In this document: piece after piece, positions 12,571 through 27,419 of the stretch
Position numbering within the stretch: position 1 is the stretch's first letter
Layout: the number at the start of each line of letters is the position of its first letter
DNA from: Octopus vulgaris
Taxonomy: Eukaryota
Reading direction: 5' to 3'
Assembly: GCA_951406725.2 (NCBI GenBank)
Contig: OX597825.1
Span: 44,020,001-44,084,000 of the forward strand
DNA length: 64,000 nt
Position numbers and translations under genes: made by a program
Notes under the pieces: model-generated
Database searches by the model: none
What the model was told of the DNA's origin: nothing
What the model saw: the letters and a program-made list of their open reading frames with translations, nothing else

Positions 12571-13504
12571 TAATACAATAGAAAAAGAGAGATCAGCTGT
12601 ATGCGTTAGCTCTCACTTTATTTAATGTTACTCTAGCTGCCTGGAAAATTGTTAAATATGCAAATTGGTCTATCTAGTTTACTGAAAACCTTAATATATT
12701 ACCTCATTGTCAATATCTCCACTTCAATTACTGACACTAAACACCTTCAGCGACTATTCATACATTGCCATCACCATTAGCATATATTTTTCCCCCCACC
12801 TGCACCATTTTCAACACTTTGTGTGTCCTCACTTCTACTACTCACCCTGTCATTTGTGTATCCCATTTATTCTTTACCTGCATATCTATCCTTTTCATTT
12901 CTGAATCTTTTCTGTTTGGCTGCCACTTCTCAATTTCCTCAATTTTGTTCCACTTGATTAAAAATTTTAAAAAAGTTTAAAAATTTGGGGCAATTTTAGC
13001 CAATGATAAGTCAGAAACATACAGGTGCCTGTTTCTATAGTAACAAACCGAGTCATTACCAAGTTGCTTACACATCTGTTGCTGTCCTGAGCCATGTGGT
13101 CATTTTTTACTTATTAAATGCTTAAAACACATGAGGTATGAGGTGATATGAGATATACTAAAAATAACAGTTAAATAGACCTTAAATCATGCACCAAAAT
13201 TTTTTGTTTATTTATTATTATTTTTTCTTTTGATTTTGCACAATCGTATGAATTCCTGTGTGTAGAATAAAAATTCGCAACCTATAAGAAATTATGAGGG
13301 ATTTTATGGTGTACATAAAGTAGAATTCCACCAAAATTTCATTTGTTTACAGTTTCATATTAAAACATGCTATTATTGCAATGTTTACAACATGTGTAGT
13401 CATGCTTAAAATGACAGTTTACAAATCCTGTTTCCTGACTGGTTAAAAATTACCAAACTTTAAACCTCTGTAACGCTTTTAAAATATTTTTCTAGAACAA
13501 GTGA

Positions 13505-14112
13505 ATTAGGCTGTATGATGCATGTGTACGAACAGCCATGCTACATGGCAGTGAAACATGGGCCGTGACTGCTGAGGACATGCGTAAGCTCGCGAGAAAT
13601 GAAGCTAGTATGCTCCGTTGGATGTGTAATGTCAGTGTTCATAGTCGACAGAGTGTAAGGGGCTCTGTCTGGCCCTGTGTCGGTGCCACGTAAAAGCACC
13701 ATCCGTTCGCGTCCGTTGCCAGCCTCGGCTGGCCCCCGTGCCGGTGACACGTAAAAGCACCGTCCGTTCGTGGCCGTTTGCCAGCTCTGTCTGGCCCCGT
13801 GTCGGTGGCACGTAAAAGCACCATCCGTTCGTGTCCATTGCCAGCATTGCCTGGCCCCGTGCCGGTGACACGTAAAAGCACCATCCGTTCGTGGCCGTTC
13901 GCCAGCTCTGTCTGGCACCTGTGCAGGTGGCACGTAAAAAACACCCACTACACTCGCGGAGTGGTTGGCGTTAGGAAGGGCATCCAGCCATAGAAACACT
14001 GCCAGATCTGACTGGGCCTGACGAAGCCTTCCAGCTTCACAGACCCCAGTTGACCCGTCCAACCCATGCTATCATGGAAAGCGGACGCTAAACGATGATG
14101 ATGATGATGATG

Positions 14113-14113
<1 letters not shown>
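13505..14113 (+). mobile_element. RTE ORF2 fragment fused to family A 3' region with about five ~60-bp tandem units
   Basis: 13505-13660 encodes RLYDACVRTAMLHGSETWAVTAEDMRKLARNEASMLRWMC. It is followed by ~60-bp cacgtaaaagcaccatccgttcg units and a (GAT)n tail. Confidence 0.85.
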
Positions 14114-14145
<32 letters not shown>

Positions 14146-14504
14146 GGTTATAAAATGAGATAGGGGTTGAAAATTCAACCCACCATGGGATAATATATAT
14201 CCAATATACTGCCAGATAGGTACCCAACAAGATTAATACATAGATGTTAAAAATTGTCAAACAATCAGTTCATCTATTGTATTATATGGGTAAAGGTAAT
14301 AATATTACCGTAAATTAATACTACAAAATTAGAGAATGGAGAAACATACTTAAATCAATAAAACATCAACTATCCGATGATACCCAATCAATACTTTAAT
14401 ACACCATTACATATGAGTAAAGGCATTATACAAAATGAGATATACAGTAATAGTAAAAAGATAAAGAGATATAAGTAAAAAATTTCAAATATAATATGCA
14501 ATTA

Positions 14505-14628
14505 AATCAAAACTGACAGCTGTTTCGGCAGTGAGGGCAGTCATACCTCATTTAACCTCTAAGCCATAAAGGCAGGTATAAATGAGGCATTAACAAGGAT
14601 GCCCCACGGCCTCTTCAGAGAATTAAAT
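14505..14628 (-). ncRNA. Type I hammerhead ribozyme in the 3' pLTR
   Basis: CUGAAGA (14618-14612), long stem II GGC.GUGGGGCA...UGCCCUCAC.GCC, then GAAAC-AGCU-GUC. Stem I is weak. Confidence 0.8.
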
Positions 14629-14974
14629 TCAATTTGTTATAATTGTGAAAAATATTATATAACCATATACATATAAATATAAAAATATAAAAATGTAAAA
14701 TATAAAAACTTATACATCATAATGCTACACTTATATAATATAATACTTATAGGTACAATAAAGGAAGGTAAACAGAACAAAATAAAACAAAATATATATC
14801 AGTGTATATATTAATATTAATAAGTACCGATATTATACATATTTGGCTAATAGTTTTTTTTAAAAAAACTAACACATAGGGAGATGAAAATAATAATTAA
14901 AACCATGGTTCAGTTCATAAAATTCTAAAGCTATGAAAGTTAATAAAAATTACTATTAATATTAATAATAATAA

Positions 14975-15005
<31 letters not shown>

Positions 15006-16667
15006 AGATACAGTTAAGTTTGCACCAAGTCCATCCTTTCAAGATCGAAATAACTATGAGTTTAGAAATGCTGACTACTAGGTAAAGAAAATTTAGATTA
15101 ATTCGATTGGCTATTGGTTTGAAATTTAAATCACAGAAGAAAATTATACGGTTGGTTAGTCAAGGAACGCCAATATTCACACACGCATCTACAGATCAAT
15201 CGCACATACACACATAGTTATATGTATATACATACACTTATACACATACATAATCACAAGCAACAACTAGCACATAGATAAACAAAAAGGGAAGCAACTA
15301 TGCTACCATTTAGTCCTTCAAAATTATAACTGTGCCTCAAATAACGAAAAAGAACCATCCATGCATATCATAAAATATTTAATTTAGATATAAATATATT
15401 TTAAATATCAGTATGTTACTAAGTCAGATAATTATTTCATGGGTAACTTAAAATTTATAACACCGGTTTGTTGCATAGTAAACATACGGTTGTTAGATTA
15501 ATCGTAAGTTTGTTATGATTCCAAATACGCTAAATTATAAAATATAAAATATATATTAATTTATATATTATAAATAAATCACTTATTTACTTAATAAATT
15601 TAATGCCATAATATACCAGTTTAGGCATTAAAAAATAGAAGGGGAAGTACTAATGTAAACGCTTATGAGAACATCACAGAAATTTTTTAAAAATTTATAT
15701 TATAAATACTTAAGATAAAATGTGATAAGATAAATAAGAAGGAATAAATACGGTTATACACATATTATAAGTACAAACCAGTATATATGTATTCATATAT
15801 TATTAAAATTAAATAAAAATAAATGATAGATATGTATGTATAAAACTACCCTAGTATAAGTAAATAAGTAAAAAATAAATAGATAACAAATTAGATGACT
15901 TGATATGTATGTAAACATCTACACTTAAATAGGCAAATAAATAAATAATTAGAAGACTAAATGCAGAGATAGATAACATTACAATAAAATAAAAAATAAA
16001 TATAATGTTATATTGTTGAAAGTAAATATGTATGGAAGGATAATTTAAAGTACAGATCCAGAGGACTATAGATATAAACTAAATGTATAAGGTTGGTAAT
16101 ATTTATAAAGCCAAATGTATGTAAATGAGAAAATGAAAAAAATGAAAAAAGGTTTATTAGTAAATAGCATAAGATACAAATTAAGGTGAGTACAAAGAAA
16201 GACCAAATATACAATAAAAACCTTCCAAATAAACACATACAAAAAACCTATATTCTCAACCTAAACACACCAAACTCATAAAAGGCTCTCATATATTACA
16301 TATTATACAATATCAATACATTATCTAGAGCTAGGTATCTAACCAAGATATACATATATACTATGCAATATACTATGCAATATTAGAAAACTTCAAAAAT
16401 CACATATTACAAGGCAAATACCAAAATGAATATGTTATTTCGTGTCATATTGCATTTCCCTTAAAAAACAAACAAAAACCCACATACAAAAAACAAGAAA
16501 CAAATAATACTAGACACATCTATTATTATTATACAAATGTAGCTATAAAAATTATAAAATTATAAATTTATAAGTTGTATACTAAAGAATTATAGAAGAC
16601 CACAGGTATAGTTAGTTAAAGAAGGGAGTTAAAAAATTAAAATTAATAATAGTGGAAGTGCTAAGTT

Positions 16668-18131
16668 CTATTTGAATCTAGAAAAGGTGAACGGTAGCCT
16701 ATGAATGCAAAAGAAGTTTTTTTCATTAATGTTGTTAATAATTTGCCGACCCGCTTTAATAATGAAAAAAATTTCATTAATACATAGAGAGCATATTTTA
16801 TTTTTTCCATTATACACAGGTGCTGAAGTTAGTATTTTCCAGTTTAATCTAAAATATAAGTTCTTATTTTTAAGTTCCCAAATGTATGCACTTAGCCCTG
16901 TAGAGTACATTCTATTTTTATTTCTAAAAGTATATCTGTGATAATTCAATCTTTGTTTTATGCTATTCATAGTTGCCCCGATATACACCCTACTACTCAA
17001 TTGTGTATCCACAGTGCATTGGTAAACTACCTCCTTCCTGAGGCATTGATTACCAAATACACATTTATCTTTGTTTCTGCAATTACAAAGATTAACAGAA
17101 TGAGAAAATCTAAGATTAGTCTCCACCCCTATACTACCATTCACATTATAAGTGTTACAATTGTTATCATCATCCAAACCCAAAAACAACGAATGAGTTA
17201 ATTTCACATTATCGGCTATATTCCTATCACTAGTACTAGTATTGGTAGTAGTAGTAAGATCTATTACATTTATATTATCTCTGACAGGTACGGTGCACTC
17301 ATTATTAGTAAGGGGGTTGTTCACATTCGTTCCAAGAAAGTTTCTGTTCCTATTATTATTAAAGAGGGGCAAATTTCCCTGGTCTAAATTCAATTTTCTA
17401 TCCTTATAGAAGTGATCCAGTTTCCTGTTATTAAAAGAGGAGATAATGGTGGCTAGATTATGAGTAATGCTATATCCCACTCTAACAGTACTGTTGTTAA
17501 TTAAAGGACTAAATTTATTCTTATCCTTACCAAAATGCCTAAATATAACATTATGCAAAGCTCTCACTATGTTTGTTTTAATCTGCATTGCATATAGGAT
17601 AATCAACCATAGTGTATCCTTATCAGAATTAGGATTGCCTATAGAATTATTGTTATTTGTAAAAATCCTATTCCTAGACCAACCCATAGGATTACTATTC
17701 TTACCACTGTCATTGTTATATCTATCTATATCAATATTCCCATGGTTATTGCGCAAGTAAACTTTACCATTATCATGTCTGCCATAAGTTTTAATTTGTA
17801 TATTATTATTAATATTACTACTATTACCCGTATGCTCAGATCTATTTGAGCTACCGTTCACCTTTCCGAGGTTAACATCACTTCTACATTTATTATAGGT
17901 GTTGTCATATATTCTATTTTTACTATTCTTATGTATATTGTTGCTTATCCTAAATCTATTGGTGTTGTTCCAGATAGTTCTACCTCCATTAGGAGGGTTC
18001 CCCTTAGGTATAAACCATATCTTACTTTTGTATCCTGCCTTAAGCAATGCTGCATTGTATCTATCACAATGCTTGTTAAAAATTTCCTCGTTAGAGGATA
18101 AACTAGAAATTCTCTGACTAATGCTACGCAC
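16668..18131 (-). CDS. Penelope ORF, C-terminal part: thumb, Asn-rich linker, GIY-YIG endonuclease
   Basis: CNCRNKDKC....QCL...VVYQCTV......VYIGAT...KQRLNYH...STGLSAYIWELK...W.I...CSLC..E...CIH. Confidence 0.92.
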   Translation of the reverse strand: MRSISQRISSLSSNEEIFNKHCDRYNAALLKAGYKSKIWFIPKGNPPNGGRTIWNNTNRFRISNNIHKNSKNRIYDNTYNKCRSDVNLGKVNGSSNRSEHTGNSSNINNNIQIKTYGRHDNGKVYLRNNHGNIDIDRYNNDSGKNSNPMGWSRNRIFTNNNNSIGNPNSDKDTLWLIILYAMQIKTNIVRALHNVIFRHFGKDKNKFSPLINNSTVRVGYSITHNLATIISSFNNRKLDHFYKDRKLNLDQGNLPLFNNNRNRNFLGTNVNNPLTNNECTVPVRDNINVIDLTTTTNTSTSDRNIADNVKLTHSLFLGLDDDNNCNTYNVNGSIGVETNLRFSHSVNLCNCRNKDKCVFGNQCLRKEVVYQCTVDTQLSSRVYIGATMNSIKQRLNYHRYTFRNKNRMYSTGLSAYIWELKNKNLYFRLNWKILTSAPVYNGKNKICSLCINEIFFIIKAGRQIINNINEKNFFCIHRLPFTFSRFK

Positions 18132-19510
18132 TAGTGCATTTTTAATTTGAGGGGGTGATTACTTGAACGGTTAATATATATTAGGTTAGAATTAGGTTTA
18201 ATATAGGGTTCATGTAAACCATTAGTAATGTTACAATTAACATCTAAATAATTTGCAGAATAATTTTCACTTTCAATGATAATGGATAGGCCGAAACTTT
18301 TAAAAAATTTATTTATTCTTTTTTTCAGAAGATCTAATCTCCTATTTGATGTATTCTTAACACAAAATAAGGCGTCATCCCTGTATAATCCACCTTTTAA
18401 TTCAGGGAATTCCCTACTAAAGTTATCTAATAGATACATCCCAACTAGATCAGTCACCTCCGCCGAGTCCGGCGATCCCATTGTGATATCGAACAAGTTG
18501 GGTGTGTCCTTTCTAGCCCAAAGTTTATTATCAAACTCTATTAAAGTTTTCCTGGCTGTTAGTATAACCTTAATCTCCCCCATACTTAATTTAGTGTGTT
18601 TTCTAGCAAAAATTAAGGACTTATTTAATATAATAGGGTTAATGGAAGTGTAATAATTCTGTATATCAAATTGGATAAATTTATTTCTATTATAGCTAAA
18701 GTTGTTACTGTCACAGACCTTAATGGCAGAAAACCAATCCAAAGCACCCTGAGTATTCTTCCAAAGGTTTAGTTTGATTTTATTGCGGATGGTGGGTAGA
18801 TATTTGTCTAGAATGAGTTTGCTTAGTCTGCCTAAGTCAGATTTAGTGGGGCAAATTAATCTGACCTGTGTGTTTCCAAGAAAATTCTCTTTATGATCCT
18901 TTAGTGTAATTCTCGGTCTAGATGGGGTGTAGGGTTCCGTTTTTTCTTCTAGGTAGTAGTCAAATATGATTTCTCTGGTCTCCAGGTTCAGTTTTCTAAG
19001 TGTACTAGAAGGTACTACTTTGTATTTCTTGGTTATTTCTTTGTGTAGAAGATCATGATATGCAGGAATGTCAATATTATAGATGTTGCTGGTTTTGTCA
19101 GAATGTGTTAGAATGCCGCTCTTACCTTTGAGAGTTCTAATTAAATCTTTCAATTCCCTTTGGTGCGGGTTATATCTTAAAGGATGATTTCTAAATTTTA
19201 TGTTTTTTATAGTCTCCCATAGTTCTTGTTCAAAATTGTCTAGATGTATATTTGGTGGAGGAGACTTCCTAGATTTAAATGTAGTGCCTGTTAGTTTTAA
19301 TATTTCTTCATAGGTACTTCCAATTCCATTACGGATCGTTTCCCCAGTGTGTTGTTGGTTTATTTTATTATTATAGTTCTCATGGTGGAAAATCCTCCAT
19401 CTGATCCTGTGGATGAATTCATTAATTCTATAAATTAGTTCTTTAGTGTAATGGTCTTTGGTAGGGATAGGTACATCCTTCATTGATGAATTGATCAGTA
19501 TTTTCTCCAT
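18131..19510 (-). CDS. Penelope ORF, N-terminal part: reverse transcriptase
   Basis: SDKT, TLKDHK..F...VRLICP.KS.LG, FIQFDI..YY.SI, FDITMGSPDSAEV.DLVG, GGLYRDDAL, NYLDV. First ATG at 19510. Separated from the downstream ORF by a 1-nt frameshift. Confidence 0.92.
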   Translation of the reverse strand: MEKILINSSMKDVPIPTKDHYTKELIYRINEFIHRIRWRIFHHENYNNKINQQHTGETIRNGIGSTYEEILKLTGTTFKSRKSPPPNIHLDNFEQELWETIKNIKFRNHPLRYNPHQRELKDLIRTLKGKSGILTHSDKTSNIYNIDIPAYHDLLHKEITKKYKVVPSSTLRKLNLETREIIFDYYLEEKTEPYTPSRPRITLKDHKENFLGNTQVRLICPTKSDLGRLSKLILDKYLPTIRNKIKLNLWKNTQGALDWFSAIKVCDSNNFSYNRNKFIQFDIQNYYTSINPIILNKSLIFARKHTKLSMGEIKVILTARKTLIEFDNKLWARKDTPNLFDITMGSPDSAEVTDLVGMYLLDNFSREFPELKGGLYRDDALFCVKNTSNRRLDLLKKRINKFFKSFGLSIIIESENYSANYLDVNCNITNGLHEPYIKPNSNLIYINRSSNHPLKLKMH

Positions 19511-20256
19511 TCTTCTAACAGTAATGATCAAAGGAACAAATATACTACACTAGGGTGTATTCACATGCACTATTAATATTTAAATCAATAAATGGATGCT
19601 TCTATTACACCAGTATGAGCAATTCAGGTTCCTCAAAAGATAAATTTAGGTTATAAAATGAGATAGGGGTTGAAAATTCAACCCACCATGGGATAATATA
19701 TATCCAATATACTGCCAGATAGGTACCCAACAAGATTAATACATAGATGTTAAAAATTGTCAAACAATCAGTTCATCTATTGTATTATATGGGTAAAGGT
19801 AATAATATTACCGTAAATTAATACTACAAAATTAGAGAATGGAGAAACATACTTAAATCAATAAAACATCAACTATCCGATGATACCCAATCAATACTTT
19901 AATACACCATTACATATGAGTAAAGGCATTATACAAAATGAGATATACAGTAATAGTAAAAAGATAAAGAGATATAAGTAAAAAATTTCAAATATAATAT
20001 GCAATTAAATCAAAACTGACAGCTGTGTATGTATATACATATAACTATGTGTGTATGTGCGATTGATCTGTAGATGCGTGTGTGAATATTGGCGTTCCTT
20101 GACTAACCAACCGTATAATTTTCTTTTGTGATTTAAATTTCAAACCAATAGCCAATCGAATTAATCTAAATTTTCTTTACCTAGTAGTCAGCATTTCTAA
20201 ACTCATAGTTATTTCGATCTTGAAAGGATGGACTTGGTGCAAACTTAACTGTATCT

Positions 20257-20287
<31 letters not shown>

Positions 20288-20634
20288 TTATTATTATTAA
20301 TATTAATAGTAATTTTTATTAACTTTCATAGCTTTAGAATTTTATGAACTGAACCATGGTTTTAATTATTATTTTCATCTCCCTATGTGTTAGTTTTTTT
20401 AAAAAAACTATTAGCCAAATATGTATAATATCGGTACTTATTAATATTAATATATACACTGATATATATATTTTGTTTTATTTTGTTCTGTTTACCTTCC
20501 TTTATTGTACCTATGAGTATTATATTATATAAGTGTAGCATTATGATGTATAAGTTTTTATATTTTACATTTTTATATTTTTATATTTATATGTATATGG
20601 TTATATAATATTTTTCACAATTATAACAAATTTA

Positions 20635-20758
20635 ATTTAATTCTCTGAAGAGGCCGTGGGGCATCCTTGTTAATGCCTCATTTATACCTGCCTTTATGGC
20701 TTAGAGGTTAAATGAGGTATGACTGCCCTCACTGCCGAAACAGCTGTCAGTTTTGATT
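20635..20758 (+). ncRNA. Type I hammerhead ribozyme in the inverted pLTR
   Basis: CTGAAGA at 20645-20651 ... GAAAC-AGCT-GTC at 20737-20748. Confidence 0.8.
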
Positions 20759-20941
20759 TAATTGCATATTATATTTGAAATTTTTTACTTATATCTCTTT
20801 ATCTTTTTACTATTACTGTATATCTCATTTTGTATAATGCCTTTACTCATATGTAATGGTGTATTAAAGTATTGATTGGGTATCATCGGATAGTTGATGT
20901 TTTATTGATTTAAGTATGTTTCTCCATTCTCTAATTTTGTA

Positions 20942-21170
<229 letters not shown>

Positions 21171-21429
21171 CGTTTGAATATTTGTTGTGCAAGATTTTTT
21201 ATGTGAAGTCGTGTGTTGAAACAGATATTGTTATATTTCAGAATGGTCATATTGCCAGTTTAGCCAATAAAAACACACGCACTATATATTTGGTGTTATT
21301 TTGCTTCAGTGATATTTATTTTTTACATTAATCTTAATCTTATTTCGGCCAAAGTTCTTTCGTCACACTCCTGTGACCGCATCAGTGGTCCTTTGTTTTC
21401 TTCTCACTTACTTGTGTCTCTCCTTACTA

Positions 21430-25160
<3,731 letters not shown>

Positions 25161-25412
25161 AATAAATATAAAATACATCAAGTACAGGACATCACCAATG
25201 AGTGAAAATTACATACATGCACAAGTGATAAGTACAGGACAAATTACCAACATGCATTGTAATGAGTAATGTCTGGGAGAAATTTTGAAGGGATATAGAA
25301 TAAATCCAAGAGAAGAGAAAAACAGGAAAAAATGTCAGGAGGCAATAGAAAATTATGCCCAGCTAAGTATACATCGCATCCAGAAAAGCCAGAGGTGAGG
25401 AGAAACTGGCCT

Positions 25413-25620
25413 GTGTTTGCATCTCTGTATTTGTCCCCCCATCATCATTTGACAACCGATGTTGGTGTGTTTACGTCCCCATAACTTAGCAGTTTGGCAA
25501 CAGAGACTGATAGAATAAGTACTAGGCTTACAAAGAATAAGTCCTAGGGTCAATTTGTTTGACTAAAGACAATGCTCCAGCATGGCCACAGTTAAATGAC
25601 TGAAAAAATAAAAGAAAATA
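25413..25620 (+). mobile_element. SINE family B, 3' part
   Basis: tttgtcccc..acaaccgatgttggtgtgtttacgtcccc.taacttagc...gatagaataagtac...aatgactgaaa, shared with 29600 and 41355. Confidence 0.75.
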
Positions 25621-25851
25621 CATATATATCTTTTATATATAAAAGAATATAAAGTAGTCAGCATGCTATAAAAATTTATAGGCAATTAATACATTAAATA
25701 AATTATAATGTACAAATGTACTTATATAATGTACTTATATCAAGGGAGATCAAGTGAAAAAGACCTTTTTCCAGCATGCTTGAAGTGCTGATACCTTCAA
25801 AAACTACCAAAAACTCCAGCTAAAATATACATGTGGCTGAAAGTAGGCTAA

Positions 25852-26221
25852 TGAGAGAAAATTAAAAAGACCTCCCGTTAATTGTGAATTGGTTCCAATT
25901 TCTGGCTTAACCCTTTAGTGTTTAAACCGGCCATATCAGGCCAAAATTGTCTCCCTGTTTTATGCTCAAACCAGCCAGCTCTGACCTCTCACACCTACCC
26001 TACAAAGTCATTCTAAAAATAAACAGGGACATCATCAAAATCTCAGAGTTACAAGATGCTGTACAATTAATTAATTTAAAACAGGCTTTACATTTGACAG
26101 ATTAATCTGAATATTAAAGGGTTAAAGTATTATGTTGATGAAGGAAAAAGGCTATTTTTTGCTTTAATCCAGAAATTAGAACCAATTCACAATTAACGTA
26201 AGGTCTTTTTAATTTTCTCTC
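25852..26221. repeat. Fold-back element with ~58-bp arms enclosing a piggyBac MITE
   Basis: gagagaaaattaaaaagacct..cgttaattgtgaattggttc.aatttctgg at 25853 is the reverse complement of 26165-26221. Confidence 0.8.
25911..26121. mobile_element. piggyBac-type MITE
   Basis: TTAA|CCCTTTA ... TAAAGGG|TTAA: CCC/GGG termini with TTAA target duplication. Confidence 0.85.
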
Positions 26222-26279
26222 ACAGGCACCAATTGTCAAGCAGTAGTGAGGGATAAGAATGCACACAAACACACACATA

Positions 26280-26440
26280 CACGATGGGCATTTCTCAGTT
26301 TCTCTGTCTACCAAATACTATCACAGGGCTTAGATAGTCTCAAGACTATAGTACAAAAAACACTTCCCCAAGGTGCCATGCAGTGTGACTGAAGCCAGAA
26401 CCATGTGGTTGGGAAGCAAACTTCTTACCACACAGCTATG
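26280..26440 (-). mobile_element. tRNA-derived SINE head
   Basis: Reverse complement reads agctgtgtggtaagaagtttgcttcccaaccacatggttctggcttcagtc..cactgcatggcaccttggg; related copies at 27120-27240 and 41555-41718. Confidence 0.7.
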
Positions 26441-26449
26441 ATGTAATTT

Positions 26450-26770
26450 TCTCAAACGTCATCATATGATGCACCTGGACACTTTGTCATTGATGTTTCC
26501 TGGGGTCAGTGAGTAATTTGGATCTTTCAACAGTCAGACACCCTCACCTGTGCATCCCGTGTGTGTGTGTGTGCATCTGCACCTAGACACATCAACAGTG
26601 ATCTGTCTTAGGGTCATTTGGTGTTTTGTGTCTTTTATTATCAGACACCCTCACCCAAGCAACCCAGCCTGGATTGATCAATCCCCAGCCTATGCCCAGT
26701 TAGCACTACTCCTGTTATCGCTATTCCTGGCAGTACTGCCCTTTCCAGGTCTCACACCCAGTTATTTTGT
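26450..26770 (-). mobile_element. Probable LINE 3' UTR relic (HERO-like) with a duplicated motif
   Basis: ggtgagggtgtctga...aaaga...tgaccc..g...catca.tga..gtgtc occurs twice (about 26470-26550 and 26580-26660). Family assignment is from recollection only. Confidence 0.4.
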
Positions 26771-27419
26771 TCTATACCAGCTGTACTCAGGTTTCTGCAA
26801 TCAGAGAGGATGGAGATCTTAGTTTTCTTGATTTTGTTTCTTCTCGTTCCATTTTTTGCATCAACTTTCTTCGTGATTTTTTATTTCACATTTTTTCTTC
26901 TTTTCTCATTTTAGAATATATATATAACAGTGAAGCAGAGTCTGAAAGATTGTTTGAAGATACATGGCATATTTTATAAATATGACTATTTAAAGTATCA
27001 TAAAAGCATGAAACTATTAGTAGCTCTTTCAGCTGTGAATTAAACTGATATTTACCACTGGAGGAAGTACTTTTTTTGTTGATTCTACCTTCATTGAATC
27101 TATAAACTATATATGAAACAGTTGGCTTCTTTCAGTTTCCATCAACTAAATCCACTCACAAGGCATTGCCCTTGGTGCTGCTTGGGACTGAACAAAAGAT
27201 CACTTGGTTGGGAAGCAAGCTTTTCAGCCACACAGCCACACTTGTTCAGCTTTATAGTTAAGACCATGATAGCTTTACATTCTTTCAGAGCCAACAAATG
27301 AAGTATGAATCCAGTACTGGGCTCAGTTCTTTTCCCTTTCTGCCTCTTGTGTATATATGTGTATGTGTGTGTAAACCGTTTAAGAGTCCATAATTCAGGA
27401 AAAAATGCATTCATATTTA

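Noticed and set aside
13663-13945. CRISPR-like repeat-spacer appearance (also 53123-53260)
   Set aside because: The 'spacers' are homologous to one another, there are no cas genes, and the context is eukaryotic.
18131-18160. Programmed ribosomal frameshift between RT and EN
   Set aside because: PLEs normally encode one ORF. A single-base homopolymer loss explains the break more simply.
16668-19531. Selenocysteine recoding, as reported for some Naiad elements
   Set aside because: Neither ORF has an in-frame TGA, so no SECIS is needed.
21340-21392. Hammerhead on the minus strand (CTGATGC...GAAA)
   Set aside because: The core deviates from CUGANGA and there is no convincing stem I; at most a relic.
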